From Amoebophrya sp. A120 (taxonomy: Eukaryota > Protista > Dinoflagellata), in the NCBI GenBank assembly GCA_905178155.1, contig CAJINV010000001.1, positions 14,756,142 to 14,820,141 on the forward strand: a stretch of 64,000 nt of DNA, written 5' to 3'. Shown here piece after piece: positions 25,508 to 38,295 of this stretch. Within the stretch, counting starts at the first letter, position 1, and each line of letters starts with the position of its first letter. The notes below the pieces were generated by a model. It was not told the DNA's origin, did no database searches, and was given only the letters and a program-made list of their open reading frames with translations. The translations under genes and the position numbers were made by a program.

Positions 25508-28500
25508 TCAAGTTATTATTCTTATTTTCGCGTTGTGTGCTAGGCCAAAATTTTTTTCGTTTCTTGCGTTGATAGCTTGATAGCTCTTGGATGTTTCATT
25601 TCGCGATCTGTAGGATCTTCGATCGGTTCTATTTTTGTCAAGTTGGATGAAAAACGCTTGTTCATTGTGAAAGTTGACTTCATAGCTCTGGGCTACTCCG
25701 AGTTCTCCACGATAGGTGTCCTCATCGTTTGGATACATTCGAGGTTGACAATCCGGGGCTTTATCCAGGCGCTCGGCGGTTCTCCGGGCTAGGTGGTTGA
25801 GTGTTCTGCGCCTGAACAAGATTTCAACATTTAAAAAAAATTGTAAAGAATCGATGTGGCCCAGGAACCAAAACGAGAAGTATAGTTCCGTTAGAAGGCG
25901 CAAACGCGGCCGGACACGAGAAATCAATGTGACAGGCGATTTTCTATTTCTTTTTGTTCTATGTCAACAGTACTAACAATATCCTGTTTATTGTACCGTG
26001 TAATCACTCCCTGGCTCCTGGGCGCCGCTGCACGGATTGAGCTGCTGCAAGTTGTGCTGCCAGCTTTGCAAATGCTGATTGAAGTTGTCCGCAGAGAAGA
26101 GAAGGGGAAGATGGCCCTGGTGGTGTTGTGGAGGTGGCAGATGAGGATGACCAGCAGACACCCCGCCTGGTGTGCCCATGTGATGCAGTTGCAGTTGCTG
26201 TTGCTGGGCATTCATCATGATTACATTGTTCATCGTGTTGCCAGCGCCTCCAGGGTGTTGAACCATATTCGCAACTGCGAGAGGATGAGCACCACCGACG
26301 TGATGTTGGCCGGTAGCGGTCACGACTCCCGAACTTCCTGGTGCGCCAATCATGCGCAGCGCCAACGGATTCACCATAATGCTATTCGGGTTTACTTGGG
26401 GAAAAAAACTGCTGTACGCCGCGGGAGCGGGTGGAGGGTTCACAACACCGAACTGCGCGGGGGGTGCCGTCGTGTTATTTGCCGCTGGATGTATTGGAGT
26501 GGTAAGATTGGAAGCCGCCATCTGGTGCGTGCCAGCTGCAGCAGGAAAGGTTTTGTTGTACATCGCTGCTTGCGCTGCGGTTGTCGATATCATATGCGGA
26601 TGGTGAAGATGTTGAGCTTGAGCCCCGTTCATGTTATTAAGACCTCCAGCCGCGGCAACAGGAATGGTACTCGGACCCCCCGCACTAATAGGTGGTCCAC
26701 TACCTCCTTCGGGTGGATGCATATTACCCGGTGGCAGATGTTGATGCATGTTGAAACTGCGTCGGTTCGGTGTACTTCTGTCCGTCTGGAATTCGGGGTC
26801 TGACCGGTCGAGGTTCTTGTTTTGGGGATTGCTAGACTTGTATTGGTGTTGCGCGTGCGTGTCGTGGGGGGAACTCTGGAGGGAAAAATTATTATTGGTC
26901 GCCTGCGAGTTATTTGGTGCCATTTTGCTGCTGTCCTGATTTGCTGCCGCCATCTTTCCACCTGTGCCGTCGCTCGTCGAGGATGCAGCTACGGCCCTAC
27001 CGTTCCACCCGATCTTCGTTTTGGCCCCCTTTTGGTGTGGCGCACCACCGCTCATCTTCGGCTGGGGAGGCACCGGAGCTAGCGTTGGTGTTGTTTTCGT
27101 GCTCGTGTCGCTGGTAATTGCACCTGCAGGAGGAGTATCCTGTGCAAAAGTATCGCACTCGTATAAATCCGACCTTTTCTTGCATGAAACCTTTCTACAA
27201 CTTCTCACGTACTTTTAGGCAACTTTCCCCCAACTTCTCACCAGCTTCCTCCTAACCTTTTCACCAACTTCCCAGCTGTTGAGAAATTGGCGGGAGTCAG
27301 CGGGTGGGTTTGTTCGGGGGCTTGGTGCGGATTTGAACTGTAGGCGTTCCAATTTCTGTACCGCCATGCATTTGGCTGCTGTCTCACGAGTTTCCCGGAT
27401 CTCGATTCGTGGCCGCGTGTGCCGTCACGAATCAGTTTGGCCGTGCATACTGCGGTCGCGCCTCTGCGCAAATGTGAGCGCTGCGGGAGCTCCAAAACCT
27501 GCTTTTGCAGGAAGGTTTTGGGCTTTGAAAAGTGGTCTGTTGGCAAAAGCAGAGCATCCTCTAGATCATGAATTGCGCGACAACTTCTCAACAACTTCTC
27601 GCCAAATCTGTCAGATATGTTGGCCGAGAAGTTGTTGAGAAGTTGTTGAGAAGCTGTTTAGAAGCTGTGGAGCAAAAAACGCGGCATATTGTGTAGGTTG
27701 CACGCAAAGCTGCGTTTTTTGGCACAAGAAAAGCAAAGGCGTTTGCGAAATGAATGAATTTGATTAATATATTGGCCGAGAAGTTGTTGAGAAGTTGGCG
27801 AGAAGCTAGCTCCTGCGGCGTGCAGCTCCGGCTCCACAACGGCGCGCGCAGCTTCATTTTTTTCCCGGTGTTTGCGTCTTTGCGTGCAGCCATCACAGGC
27901 GCAACCTTTGCCGCCTTTTCTATACGTTGCGCGCATGGTGCCGTCGTGCGGACGTGCCGAACTGCGCTGCAGATAAATGGAAAGAATGAGTGTGGCCGTC
28001 TTTCTATTTATCTGCCGGGCAATTCTTTCCAGCCCATACAGCTGCAACTGCAAGCGGCCAAGGCGCTAGAACTCGTCGCGGCAGAGTCACGCGCCACGCC
28101 TGACACCAGAGAACGTGCTGACGATGCCAGCACGTTCCGCCACTTCTGAACGGCTTCCGCGCCAACTTCCCCACCAACTTCTCCACCCACTTCGCACCAA
28201 CTTCCGCACCAACATCGCAACAGCTTCTCACCAACTTCTATACTATTTCATGCAAAAAGAAAAGGTTGGATTTATACGAGTACGATACTTTTGCACAGGA
28301 TAAGGAGCTGCAGATGAAAGTTGTGCACCAGCGCCGCTCTTTGCCGCAGAACCAGCCGCGCTTTGCTGCAACTGTTCTTGCTCTTGCGCTTTCTGCTGCT
28401 CCTTGTCGAAGTCCTCCCCCAGGACGGCGGCCCGCGCTTCCTGGTACAGCCTCTCACGCTCCTCGTAGGTGAGCTCCGTGATATCTTTCGCCTCCTTGTC

Positions 28501-31500
28501 CTTGTTCGCGGCACCCTTGGAGGATTTATTCGTATCGCTCTGGTCCTCGGTCCGGCGGCGCACGATCATGGGCCGCTGAATCTTCTTCTCCGTGCCGGTT
28601 CTACTGCTGCTCAGACTGGCGTCCGAAGCCGTGCGGTCAAAGGGGCCGGGTTGCTCGTCGTCCGTCGTCACAGCGCCGCCCGTGGCAGCGGTTGACGAGT
28701 TGTGTTGCAGGTCGGGCGTGGCGGCAGCGAGGGCGGCCGTCGTGCTGTTTTTGCTGCTGCTCGCAGAGTTTGATGCTTCCCCGGTGAGCGTCCGCCTCCC
28801 AGACGACCGCTTCGGACTTCTGCTGGTCGCGGCCGGTCCTGCAGGATTTTGCTCCAGCGTGGCCTTGCTCTGGGTCGCTGTTCCGGGCGTCGACGACGCC
28901 GCACTGGCGGTGGCACTCCCGGCGCAGGAGCTGCTGGCCGTGGGAGCTGCTTCCTTCGAGGACGGTTCTTGTTCTGCCGGCGTGGCCTCGTCAGAATTAT
29001 TTTCCTGGTTTGATGCGTCGGGCCCGCCGCCCGGCGCTCCGCGTACTGGCGAGGAAAAGTGTTGCTCCTGTCGAATGAATTCCTCCTCTTCACTCTCGTT
29101 TCCCTCCTCGAGAATGCTCGTCAGTTCCGCACCACTTCGAGGCTTGTTGTCCTTGCCGCCTGCGTATCAGAGGAAGTGAAAAAGTTGTGATGTTGCTTGT
29201 GTGAATGGCAAAGTATGATCGCACAGTACCAGCAACAGGCATGATTTTGTGTGGATGACATCATAAAGCAAAAAAAACAAACGAAAAAGAAAGAAAGATG
29301 AACCCCAACCCACTTTCATTTCTAAGTAAAGTACCTGCTTTTATGTCTTTCTTCGGTAATTGTAATGTGGTGGAGAACTGGTAGCCATTGGCGAACTTTT
29401 CAGGCAGCTCCAACTTTTGCGACTGGCAGATTTCCAACAGGTTTGGCTTGGACATTTGCGTCTGCTTGGTCTTCAAAAGCGTCAGGTACGCTTTCTGTTC
29501 CACCCCGCTGGGCGTGATGCTTTTCTCCTCCGCGCTCCTGCCAGTCACCTCGCGCTCATAACCGTAGTAGTCCGCCAACCTGTGCACAAGACGGCGCTGG
29601 TACGATTTGAACGGAGTCGTAAACTTCACACGCTCTACGTTGGGATTCACCAATGCCAGCAGCATGTTGCGTTCGAACCGCAGCAAGAAGCTCCGCATCT
29701 CCGGTTTATGCAGGGCCTCCACAATGTCATCGTCCAGCACGCCGACGCCTGAGATTCGTTTTCGTTCACGTTCTTCAAGATGAAGACTGAGATTTCTTTT
29801 CGCAGTTGTTGTCTATGCCGCAAGGGACGCGATCATAGTACACAAGCCGTTTTCATCTCGATCTCGTTCTTTTTCTGTATGCCTCATGCAAGCAAATGGA
29901 AACAAGCACAACTGAAAAAGCAATAACAGATTTACATTCCTTCTAAGGTGAAAAACATTGAAGTACGCCCTGAGTCTCCGTCTTTCAGGTTGATTCGGGT
30001 GTGCGTGGTGCCATCGGGGTTGACGCCCCGTTTTGCAGACACGTGGGATCCGCCGTGAGTCTGGTTATACTCGCCAGTCTGTCCTCCTTTTGAAGATGTC
30101 GCTCCTTTCGTACCTCCCCAAGTATTCCACACCTGCTTCGTTGGCGGCGGGTGGTACTCCCCCTGACTAATTATAGTTTCTGATCCAGTTTTTCCACCCT
30201 TGACGCCGCGACTATAGCTGTTGTATTGGTAGTCCTTACCGGCACTGTGCTGCTGTTCTTTGTTGTGATGACCACCGGCGCCGCCGCTCTGGTCTTTATT
30301 GTTCACAACATGGCCCTTCTGCTGAATGTGCTGCTGGTGGTCCTTGCCCCCGCCCTTCTGTTGGAGGTTGTAATTGCTCTGCTGGTTGTAGTTGTGCTGA
30401 CTGTACTGACTGTACTGTTGCTGTTCGCTGTAGTGCGGGTTATTGTACTGATTGTTGCTGTACCAGCTACCTCCTCCATCGCCCCACTTGCCCTTGTTGT
30501 AGGAAGCACCATCAGAGGACGCGTTATTTCCATAAGTACTCAAAGCACCACCTCCTGCTCCAGAATGGTTCTTGTCTGCTGCGCCCTTCGCATTGCCTTG
30601 TTTGGAAAACTCTTTATTACCCGACGTTGATGAAGCTGCAGACTTATGCATTCCTTTGTTCGAGGTTTGCGCCTGTTGTTGGAACTGGACATGCTCCTGA
30701 TAGTTGTGTTTCCCTCCTCCCTTCGTATGCGTTTCGCCCTGGTATTGCGCTCGCGGTGTCCGCTGATAGGCGGCCGCGGTACCATGATGCGCATCGGCGC
30801 CGTAGGTGGCGCCTTGAAGAAAGTCCGGCGACGGCGTGCCGCTGCCACTTAGGCTACCCACTGCGTTGCCTATGTTGATCAGCTCTTGGGCTTGCTGCTG
30901 TAGCGCTTGGAAGCTAGCGACATTGCTGTTGACAGGTCCTACTCCTTTCTGTTGTTGCATCTGCTGCTGTTGCTCCCAGCTGTAGGCCGCCGTGCTACTA
31001 GCTGTCGTATGATCGTGCTGAGGAGCAACTGCTGTGTTATGGAAGTTGTTCGCCCCGCCCGTACCCATATTGCGAGGTCCAGGGTGGAAATTGTCTTTAT
31101 TGTTCTGCTGGCGCTGCATTTCATATGCCAAATGTTGGTTTTGGTAAAATTGCTGTCCAGCCAGGAGCTGTGCCTGCTGATGGGTGAGTGTTATCAATTC
31201 GCTCACCTTCTTGTCCGCCGAAGACGCGTGCGGCCTGTTGTAATTGTCGTTTTTATTGTTCTTGCCCCCTGCCAGTGAACTAGGCGTCGCAGATGATGTT
31301 GACGCTCCTGCTGCACCAGCTCCTGCAACGCCACCTCCAGCCGTTTTGCTCAGGTTCTTGTCTGCGAGTAACAGCTCCTGCACCTTTTCCTTCATCTCCT
31401 GTGCCGGCGTCTTCTCGCCGCCAGAAAGCGTCGACGCCTTGCTGCTATTTGGGAGAGGAATCGACGGTGCTGCGCTCGTCTTCCCGACGCTTTTTTTGTT

Positions 31501-33434
31501 GGCTTCAATCGAACCCACATTGACCACTTCCAAGTCCTGCAAAGTAGTTGTGCCAGCAGTGCCTGAAGATCCTGACGCTTTGCGCTGTGCTGTTGTTCCC
31601 TTATTCATGGGCGGGCCGCTACTAGCTTCTTTATTTTCACCCGATGTTGTCGTGCTGTCCGTTTTATCGATACTTCCCCTGCCCTTCTTCTTTTTTCTCG
31701 TCGGCGACGTCGATGAATTTTTCCTGTCTCCTTTGTTCGCTGAAGAAGCCGGAGCCGACGCGGACGCCTCACCTGTGTCGACATTACTCGTACCTTCTCC
31801 TTCCGGTTTAGCAGACACTGGCGGGGTCTGCTTTGCTGTCACTGGCACTGTTTCTAGTACCGCTTTCGATGCTGACGTTGCTTTCGCAGACGGCGCACCA
31901 GGTGCCTCTTTGTTAGACCAATTGGAAGCGGTTGCACCACCAGCACCTGACAACTGCGTAGAAGATTGGGATGCAATGCCATTGGTGTCGCGGTGCTGTG
32001 TCTGCGATGTTAATGGCAAACTGCTGGGGACAGCTGGGAGAGGTGGTGCGACTGCAGCCGAGGTACTAGCAATGCCTGCGGGACAGCTACCTTTACTTAC
32101 ACTTGCCACCGAAGGCGTGGCGCTGGCGGACGAGGAAGCTACTATATCGCACCATCTTGGCGGGCTTGCAGCTTCTTTCTGCTTCCCACTCGGTCCTCCC
32201 GTGCTGACCGAAGCGGGTTTCTCGTCTACGCCAACATCGTCCTCCGTCCCAGAGGAAGACGCAGAAGCAGCCGCAAGAAGCTCCCGCGCCTTCAGCCGTG
32301 TCTCGGGAGAGGACAGCTTTACCTTGGGCCTGGACTGCTCGGTGTTGTTCAAGTTACTCCTTGCAGATGTAGTTGATCCCAATGCTGCTACTGGTATGCT
32401 CGTACCGCTACCGCCGGAGCTCGGTGCAGAGGAAGGCACGTTTTGTTGCATGGGCTCTTTCGCGGCTTGCGCGGTCTCGGTCGTTCTGTCGCTTTCAGCG
32501 AGGGCGGAAGCTGCGCCTTTTTGGCCGCTGGATACAATATTCATCCCTGGGCCTTTGGGGTTCGGGCTTACTGCGGATGTTGTAATTGGGGAACCCTTAC
32601 TTCGCTTTTCCTTGTTCGCATCATCGCTTCCAGAAGAGCCTGATGGCGATGGGGGAAGCCCTGAGAGAAAATGAAAACTCAAATGACAAAGTCGTTGGCC
32701 GGTTCCTGTCGGCGAGAGAGCATGAAGAGGAAGACTCGCATTCGTTTATTTCGCATTACGATTTCTACACCTAACTATACCCTCCTGTGTGTCTGAAAGT
32801 AGAGGAAGAGGAAGTACAAGTATTAAAAGCAGATATATACATCAAGAATGATTCATCTCATGCAACTCAAAACTGCAGTACCATGAGCCATTGTTTTGCT
32901 CGGGATCTTCAGCCCTGCCAGAAGGGCTGACGGACCCACACCTCCATCAGCCGTGTGCGGCCCGCCCGGAACTGCAGCGACTGACTTCTTCAGGCGGTCT
33001 GCCCACGAAAAGGCGGGTGCGCCGTCACTACTTTTTGAGACCGAACTAGTTGTACTAGCCGCTCCTGGTTGCGACGGCGGCGCGGGGGCCGCGAGCTGCC
33101 CATTAGTTGATGACATACTGCCTTCCTTGCCTGCACTTGCTTTTCCACCCTGGTGCAGCCCCGGGGCGGAGGACGAAGATACAACAGAACTTCCGCTGCT
33201 CGGCGAAGTAGCGGCAGCTCCGGTAGCTGCTTTTGATGAGCTGGAGCTACTTGAAGTTGCCGTTCCGTTCTTCCCTGGACCTCCGGTCAACGCAGGAGCC
33301 GCAGCACCATTGGACGTCGAGCTGCTTGATCCTCTGCAAGTACTGCCTTGAGCTACTGTGGCTTGTTTGGACACGTCAGTAGAAGACGCAGCTCCCTTCC
33401 CGGTTTGTTGTTCGCTAGCGTCCCCTGACATCAT
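25508..33434 (-). CDS. R3H and SUZ domain RNA-binding protein (R3HDM/ARPP21/encore-like) with Q/N/S/G low-complexity regions; multi-exon, 3' end uncertain
   Basis: R3H motif at 29261..29740 (MRSFLLRFE...SYQRRLVHRLADYYG) and SUZ motif at 28243..28671 (LTYEERERLYQEARAAVLG). Exons at about 33434-32882, 32660-29967, 29748-29334, 29159-28303 and 27135-25996 link in frame. The last exon(s) near 25508-25920 are tentative. Confidence 0.7.
27136..28302. mobile_element. 1167-bp non-autonomous TIR element acting as an intron (introner) in the R3H/SUZ gene
   Basis: TIR 27136-27189 vs 28246-28302 (tatcctgtgcaaaagtatcg...; 2 substitutions and one 3-nt indel). 5-bp TSD AGGAG at 27131-27135 and 28303-28307. 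Excision restores LSSAAP-PAGAITS in frame. No transposase ORF. Confidence 0.9.
27581..27807. repeat. Internal hairpin and 12-bp-period CAACTTCTC/GAGAAGTTG repeats inside the 1167-bp element
   Basis: caacttctcaacaacttctcgccaa (27581-27605) is the near-perfect reverse complement of ttggccgagaagttgttgagaagttg (27620-27645). The latter recurs at about 27771-27800. Related arrays lie at about 27198-27270 and 28163-28240. Confidence 0.85.
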
Positions 33435-35178
33435 CTGTCAACGAAGGCCTTGGACAACGAAGACCCTGCGCGGGAGAGACCAAGATGTGTCTCCTCTGCT
33501 CCACCTTACGCGATTGAAGAAATCTTCAACGGTGGTGCATCGGGCTGCGACTACCCGTCAATCCAATGATGTAGCCAACATAAAATCATAATCATTATCT
33601 TAGCGTGAACTTGTGCCTATCATAAGTGGACTAGTCCAGTTGTTTACACGCTGTCCTGTCGGAATAGGTCAAAAACCTCCAAGCGTATTCTATAGTATGG
33701 AAGAAGAATATCTAGAATAAAATCTCCCAATTGTGTGCTGTCAAGAAACGGGAAATGGTCTACAAGGAAAGTCAAAGTTCTTGAAAACTCCAGGTGTAGC
33801 TATACAACTGAAGTTGTCGGAAAATTCCGCTGGAATCAACAGAGTTGTTTCCAAAACATCATAAAAAATCGCCCATTGGCCGGCGCTGCGCTATAATAGA
33901 CGAGCTGGCGGCACGATGTGACCTGCTGGCTGAGCTCTTCTACTACGACAATCTACAAAGAAATGTCCGTCCTCTGGCAGTTTTGAAAAAGTAAAAGATG
34001 CAATGGAATTTGAAAGGACACCAATAGAATCGCAATCACTCAGTTACGTCACTACCAATTGACTTTACCTTTATTCCATTCGACGGTATATTTCCGATGA
34101 TCCAGATGAAGACGATCTCGTACTGAAGATCGCTTTCTTTATCAGGATCGATTTCTTGGATTGGTGATCACATGGAGACTAGCAAGTGCAGATCAAGATC
34201 ATCGTCCCAAACAAAAGGCCACCATAAGCAGTGTTATAAAAAGGGCCCAATTGCGACGAGAAAAAAAACACCTCCTGCTCCTACCTAGAATTTGCATTCG
34301 GTATGATCGTATTCTATTTCCAAGGGTCTGTGTCTCTCATGTGATGCACCCATCATTTTTGATCTTTTCGAAACGACCTTAGCGAGGACTTTATTTCAAA
34401 TGCGATTTTCTTTCATGAAAAATCCTGCTTAAAATTTGCCACCAGATCGAACCGAAGCCGAGCCCAGGGCCGACAACTCATTCCGCCTCGCATGTAATTT
34501 TTTTATCAGGTTGTCGAGCTGCAGAAAACAAATTTCACGAGTCCTCAGTCGATCAACTTCAACTCTGAGCGCTACTGTCAAACGGTGTCGACCTCGACAA
34601 GCAAATGGAACCAAATCGAGTCGAGACACAACTTAGACGCGAAACATACGAGTAGAGTGAGAAGCAAGCGTCATTCGAACTGGCAGTGATTCGCAACGCT
34701 AAACAAGTGGCGCAAGGTTTGTTGCTGTGCACGTGTGCCGGAGTGTCCTACGCGGCAACACGATTATCAGCGGATGCCGAAAAATAAACGTTCCAACGAC
34801 CTGAAATTCCTTGAAATTAAACGAAAGTTCTATCATACACAGCTTGATTTTGTAGTTTCTGCGCTGCGCTCATCTTTTGTTGCTTGACCTCTGTAATTGA
34901 GATGATTTTTACCATCACATTCATGATAAGGTCGCCGCAAAAAACAGAATTCCGGTGGGTTCTTCTTCTTCAGTCCTTCAAAACAAAATCCATTTTTGAA
35001 ACATCAACATCATTAAAGGCAATTTGAATCTATTTCGATTCGATCGATCAGCTCAGCTCAGCTCTGTGCGTCGTCGTGCTCTGCATATTTTTTCTTTGGC
35101 CGCCTCCACGTTTTAGCACGCGGGCAGCAGAAAGAAACAGTAAATTCGCCACGTTATAATCATGTCCTCAACGTATAC

Positions 35179-36323
35179 TCAGTTCAGCCCATCTCCCCAC
35201 CAGAGCGGCGGTATGTGTTATCAACTGTAAAAATGTCTGGGTCTGGAAGATTGCCAGATTTGTCATGCAGGTTTTCCATAACCCATGAGGTCTGGAATGT
35301 AGGACATAGCATGACAGATTCTGCGAAACCTTTCCAATGCGTATCCTGCATGAGATGCCTCCCGACTTGGTCAAAACTGGACGACTTTTGGTGATCATGC
35401 AACACAGATTTTTGCACGCTTCAGATTTAGCATGACAAGTTGCATTCTTCCAGACCCAGACATTTTTACATTTGATATGTGTCCGGCCGCAGCCATTCTC
35501 GGGTCCATGGCGTCACGCTTTTTCTGCTGCATGCGCAAGGTTGTGACATCAATGCCGTCTGTGGGATTGCCTTGCACCGACGTTTCGGCCAGGTGGTGCT
35601 CTTTCACCTTTTCCATAGCATTAAACGCGTCCTGGAATGCCTTGTCGCGTAACGCCGTGTCTGTGAGGATAGCGTTTGAGATTAGTGGCTGCGCTACGTA
35701 TTGTTCTGAAGAGATCGCGCATGATGTCCTCGCAAAGGAATGTATTCTTTTATTCATTCGTTAATGTTGATGCTTCTCATCCTCAGGAGCTCTTTAAGTT
35801 GTACCTGCATCGAAGCTTTGCGGATCCCGACGCGCGTTTCCGATCGGGTTTTCTACGGAGCGAATGATCGCGCCCTTCTGCTTCTTCTCCAGTATCTTGG
35901 AAGTTTGGAATGGATCATAAGGTACTAATCGCATGCGTGGAAACGAAAGACGCTTCGAAACTCACACGCAAATAGCTGATCATGCTTTGACCACGCAAGA
36001 ACAAAACCACGACACAATTCAAAAACCGCATGCAGATCCGGATCCAGTAGTCAAAGAAATGAAAGAAAAACCACTGTCAACCACAAAAATACCAGCTGCT
36101 TCGCGTGCGATCCCTGGTGAAGCTGCTGCTTCTTGCTGACTTTGGGCCGGCTGACGGATTCGTTGAGCGATCCTCGGTTCATCAAATACGTCACCAGGTC
36201 GTCGCTCAGACCCTGCACCTTCGTGCTCGTCGCGACGGAAGCCAGAGAAGCCGTGTCGGTGCAGGATGAGGCAGAGGAGCAGGAGGAGGAAGACATCTCG
36301 TCGCGATTCGTGGATGCCGTCAT
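35179..36323 (-). CDS. Hypothetical protein, about 4 exons, last intron an introner
   Basis: Exons at about 36323-36093, 35895-35805 and 35706-35478 join in frame through GT-AG introns (AKQL|ILEKKQ...SFDA|EQYVAQ). Removing the TIR element gives AAAGHIPPLWWGDGLN* with the stop at 35179. No recognised domain. Confidence 0.5.
35219..35477. mobile_element. 259-bp MITE-like introner (family A, copy 1)
   Basis: 31-bp TIR tatcaactgtaaaaatgtctgggtctggaag (35219-35249) vs 35447-35477 with one mismatch. 5-bp TSD TGTGT at 35214-35218 and 35478-35482. Same TIR core as 43574-43826. Confidence 0.9.
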
Positions 36324-36972
36324 GAAGAATTTTCAACAATCAACAGCAACACACACCAGTGGCGGTTCTTGATCTTGATTTCGATTCCGCAGGTGTAATT
36401 TCAGATTCTAGAAAAACAGAACGGCGGGATTCGATATGTTTGGAATCTGTAAGTGACCAGCCAGTGAACGTCCTCTCATTGATTGTGATTGACTTTTACT
36501 TTTCTTCGAACAGAGACAGGACGAGAGATCATTTTTATGTCTTGACTCAAATTCTCTCTTCTGTCTGTGCCGAATGTGAAAACCCACTGACAATATTTGC
36601 TTTTTCGAACTAACTTTGCCGCTCTCGCTCACTCACGATGCGAGTCTTGATCCGTCACGCGGCACTGGACGAGCAACAACGAAAAAACAGTGCGTTTTTA
36701 CGCTATGGAGGAAGCGGCTGTCGACCTTGTATGTTGTCTAGTATTGTGCGACGAGAACAATAAGCCAAGGGCACCGCCTTGAGGAAAACGCACCAAGTGC
36801 GTCTTCTAGTTCGAAAACTCATACACTTTCGAACAATGCAAGTGGTTTAGTCGCAGTGTCTAAACTCGAACCAAAATGAAGTTTTTCAAATGATAAGACA
36901 AGATAGAAGGGTTTCTTTTTCGATGCTCGGGTCTCTTTCTGCAGCAATATATGTCTCGCCTAACTCTACTCT

Positions 36973-38295
36973 CTATTTGAGTTCTACCAAATACTCGCGC
37001 ATGGGTTTCTCGGACCACCCATTCTTCCCCCCGTGGGAGTACGTGTCATGATCGAAGCACGCATGCTCTGGAATGTCCGTCCACGTAACTTGGCTACCGG
37101 CACTGACGGAGTCAAAAATCTGCAAGGATTTCAGCTCCTCAGCCGTCGGAAAGGCGACGGCTTCTCCCGTGATATTTCCAGTTCGAAGGGCCTCATCCGC
37201 TTGCCTCGCGCTTTCCAAGTCTTGTAATTTGGCACTGTAGCCAAGCAGACGTGACGCCTCAGTGTTCACGAAGACATAGGGCAGCGTGTGGTGGTGCACT
37301 GTGCTCGCCGTTCCACCCTCGTCGGGTTCGAGATAGAAATCCCAAACCCGACAGATATCGTTTTCGAAAAGTAGTTTGGTGCCCACATCAGTCGAGCAGT
37401 AAGGGACCTTTGCCCCTGTTTCCCTACTTCTCACAAATCGCTTCGGGCAAGAGTGGAGCAGCTCTTGGACCTTTTCCCTGGTGTAGCGGGGCTTCGACTC
37501 CAGAAATTCGAAAGCGAATTGGCGGAAATGGGCGGGAGGAGTTGTCCCGGCGTCGTTGCACTCCTCGCCCGTGTTCGTGTTCGCAGACCGTGTTGCATTG
37601 TTCAGCGAAACTTTCATCGTTACGCTTTGATGCACAAAGAAAGCCTTCCTATCGGGAATTTCCATTGCAGGAGGACCAACACTTCTAGGGGCACCTTCTT
37701 GTCCACTGGGACGACAGGAGTCAAAGTCATCTTCTAGCGAGGATTTGTTGTATCCACTTTTTTCTCCGCCGATTTCTACTGCTTTGGTCCAATCTGCCAT
37801 GTCCTGCAGGTCTCGCTCGCCTAAACCGCGCCAGGGTTCTTCTTGTTCCACCATGTCGGCAATTTTGTATGAAATCCTGACACCAGGCACAGGCCGCTCG
37901 AGCACTTCGGATTGCCATCTAACGGTCGGGTAGGGATGGAACATTTCATACTCAGCAGATCCAGTTGTAGCCGAGAATGCCGTGGGAGCAGAAGCTGTTT
38001 TTATTGTTTTTGACTTTTATTGTACCATGTTGACATGAGTAAGTATGGATGCATCATCACCCACGAGTAAAACAAGCGGCTGCGCTGTTCTCGAGCAAAC
38101 AACAACATCCTCACCTGGCTCCCCGCCCGGCGGCGGCAAAACCAACCGCGACACACGCATGCGGGAGTTTTGAAACAGGAGGGAATGGTGCGGCAGTAGA
38201 GGGTGAATGCCTTGCATACCGTCTGCGCCGCGCGGACTCACATCGGGACCGCCAGGTTTGGCAATCACGCGACAGCCGGAAGCCTCGAAGGCCAT
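36973..38295 (-). CDS. Tandem cupin-like (beta-barrel) protein, 2 exons
   Basis: C-terminal DVGTKLLFENDICRVWDFYLEP...HHHTLPYVFV...HGGKN...REYLVELK resembles small cupins. The N-terminal part has a degenerate copy (SLLFQNSRMRVSRLVLPP...FHPYPTVRW...QFAFEFL). Intron at about 37995..38060; ATG at 38295. Confidence 0.6.

Noticed and set aside
27198-28240. Short repeated units as a possible CRISPR array
   Set aside because: The units are about 12-bp degenerate tandem repeats without unique spacers, there are no cas genes, and the context is eukaryotic.
31244-32674. Long plus-strand ORFs (31244..32674, also 11577..12629, 13650..14588, 51406..52260, 8116..8925 and others)
   Set aside because: They are antisense shadows of GC-rich or low-complexity minus-strand exons and have no recognisable domains.
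35214-35482. U12-type (AT-AC, RTATCCT) intron interpretation of the TATC termini
   Set aside because: An AT-AC register exists only in this copy, the 5' sequence is ATATCAAA rather than ATATCCTT, and no U12 branch-point consensus is evident.
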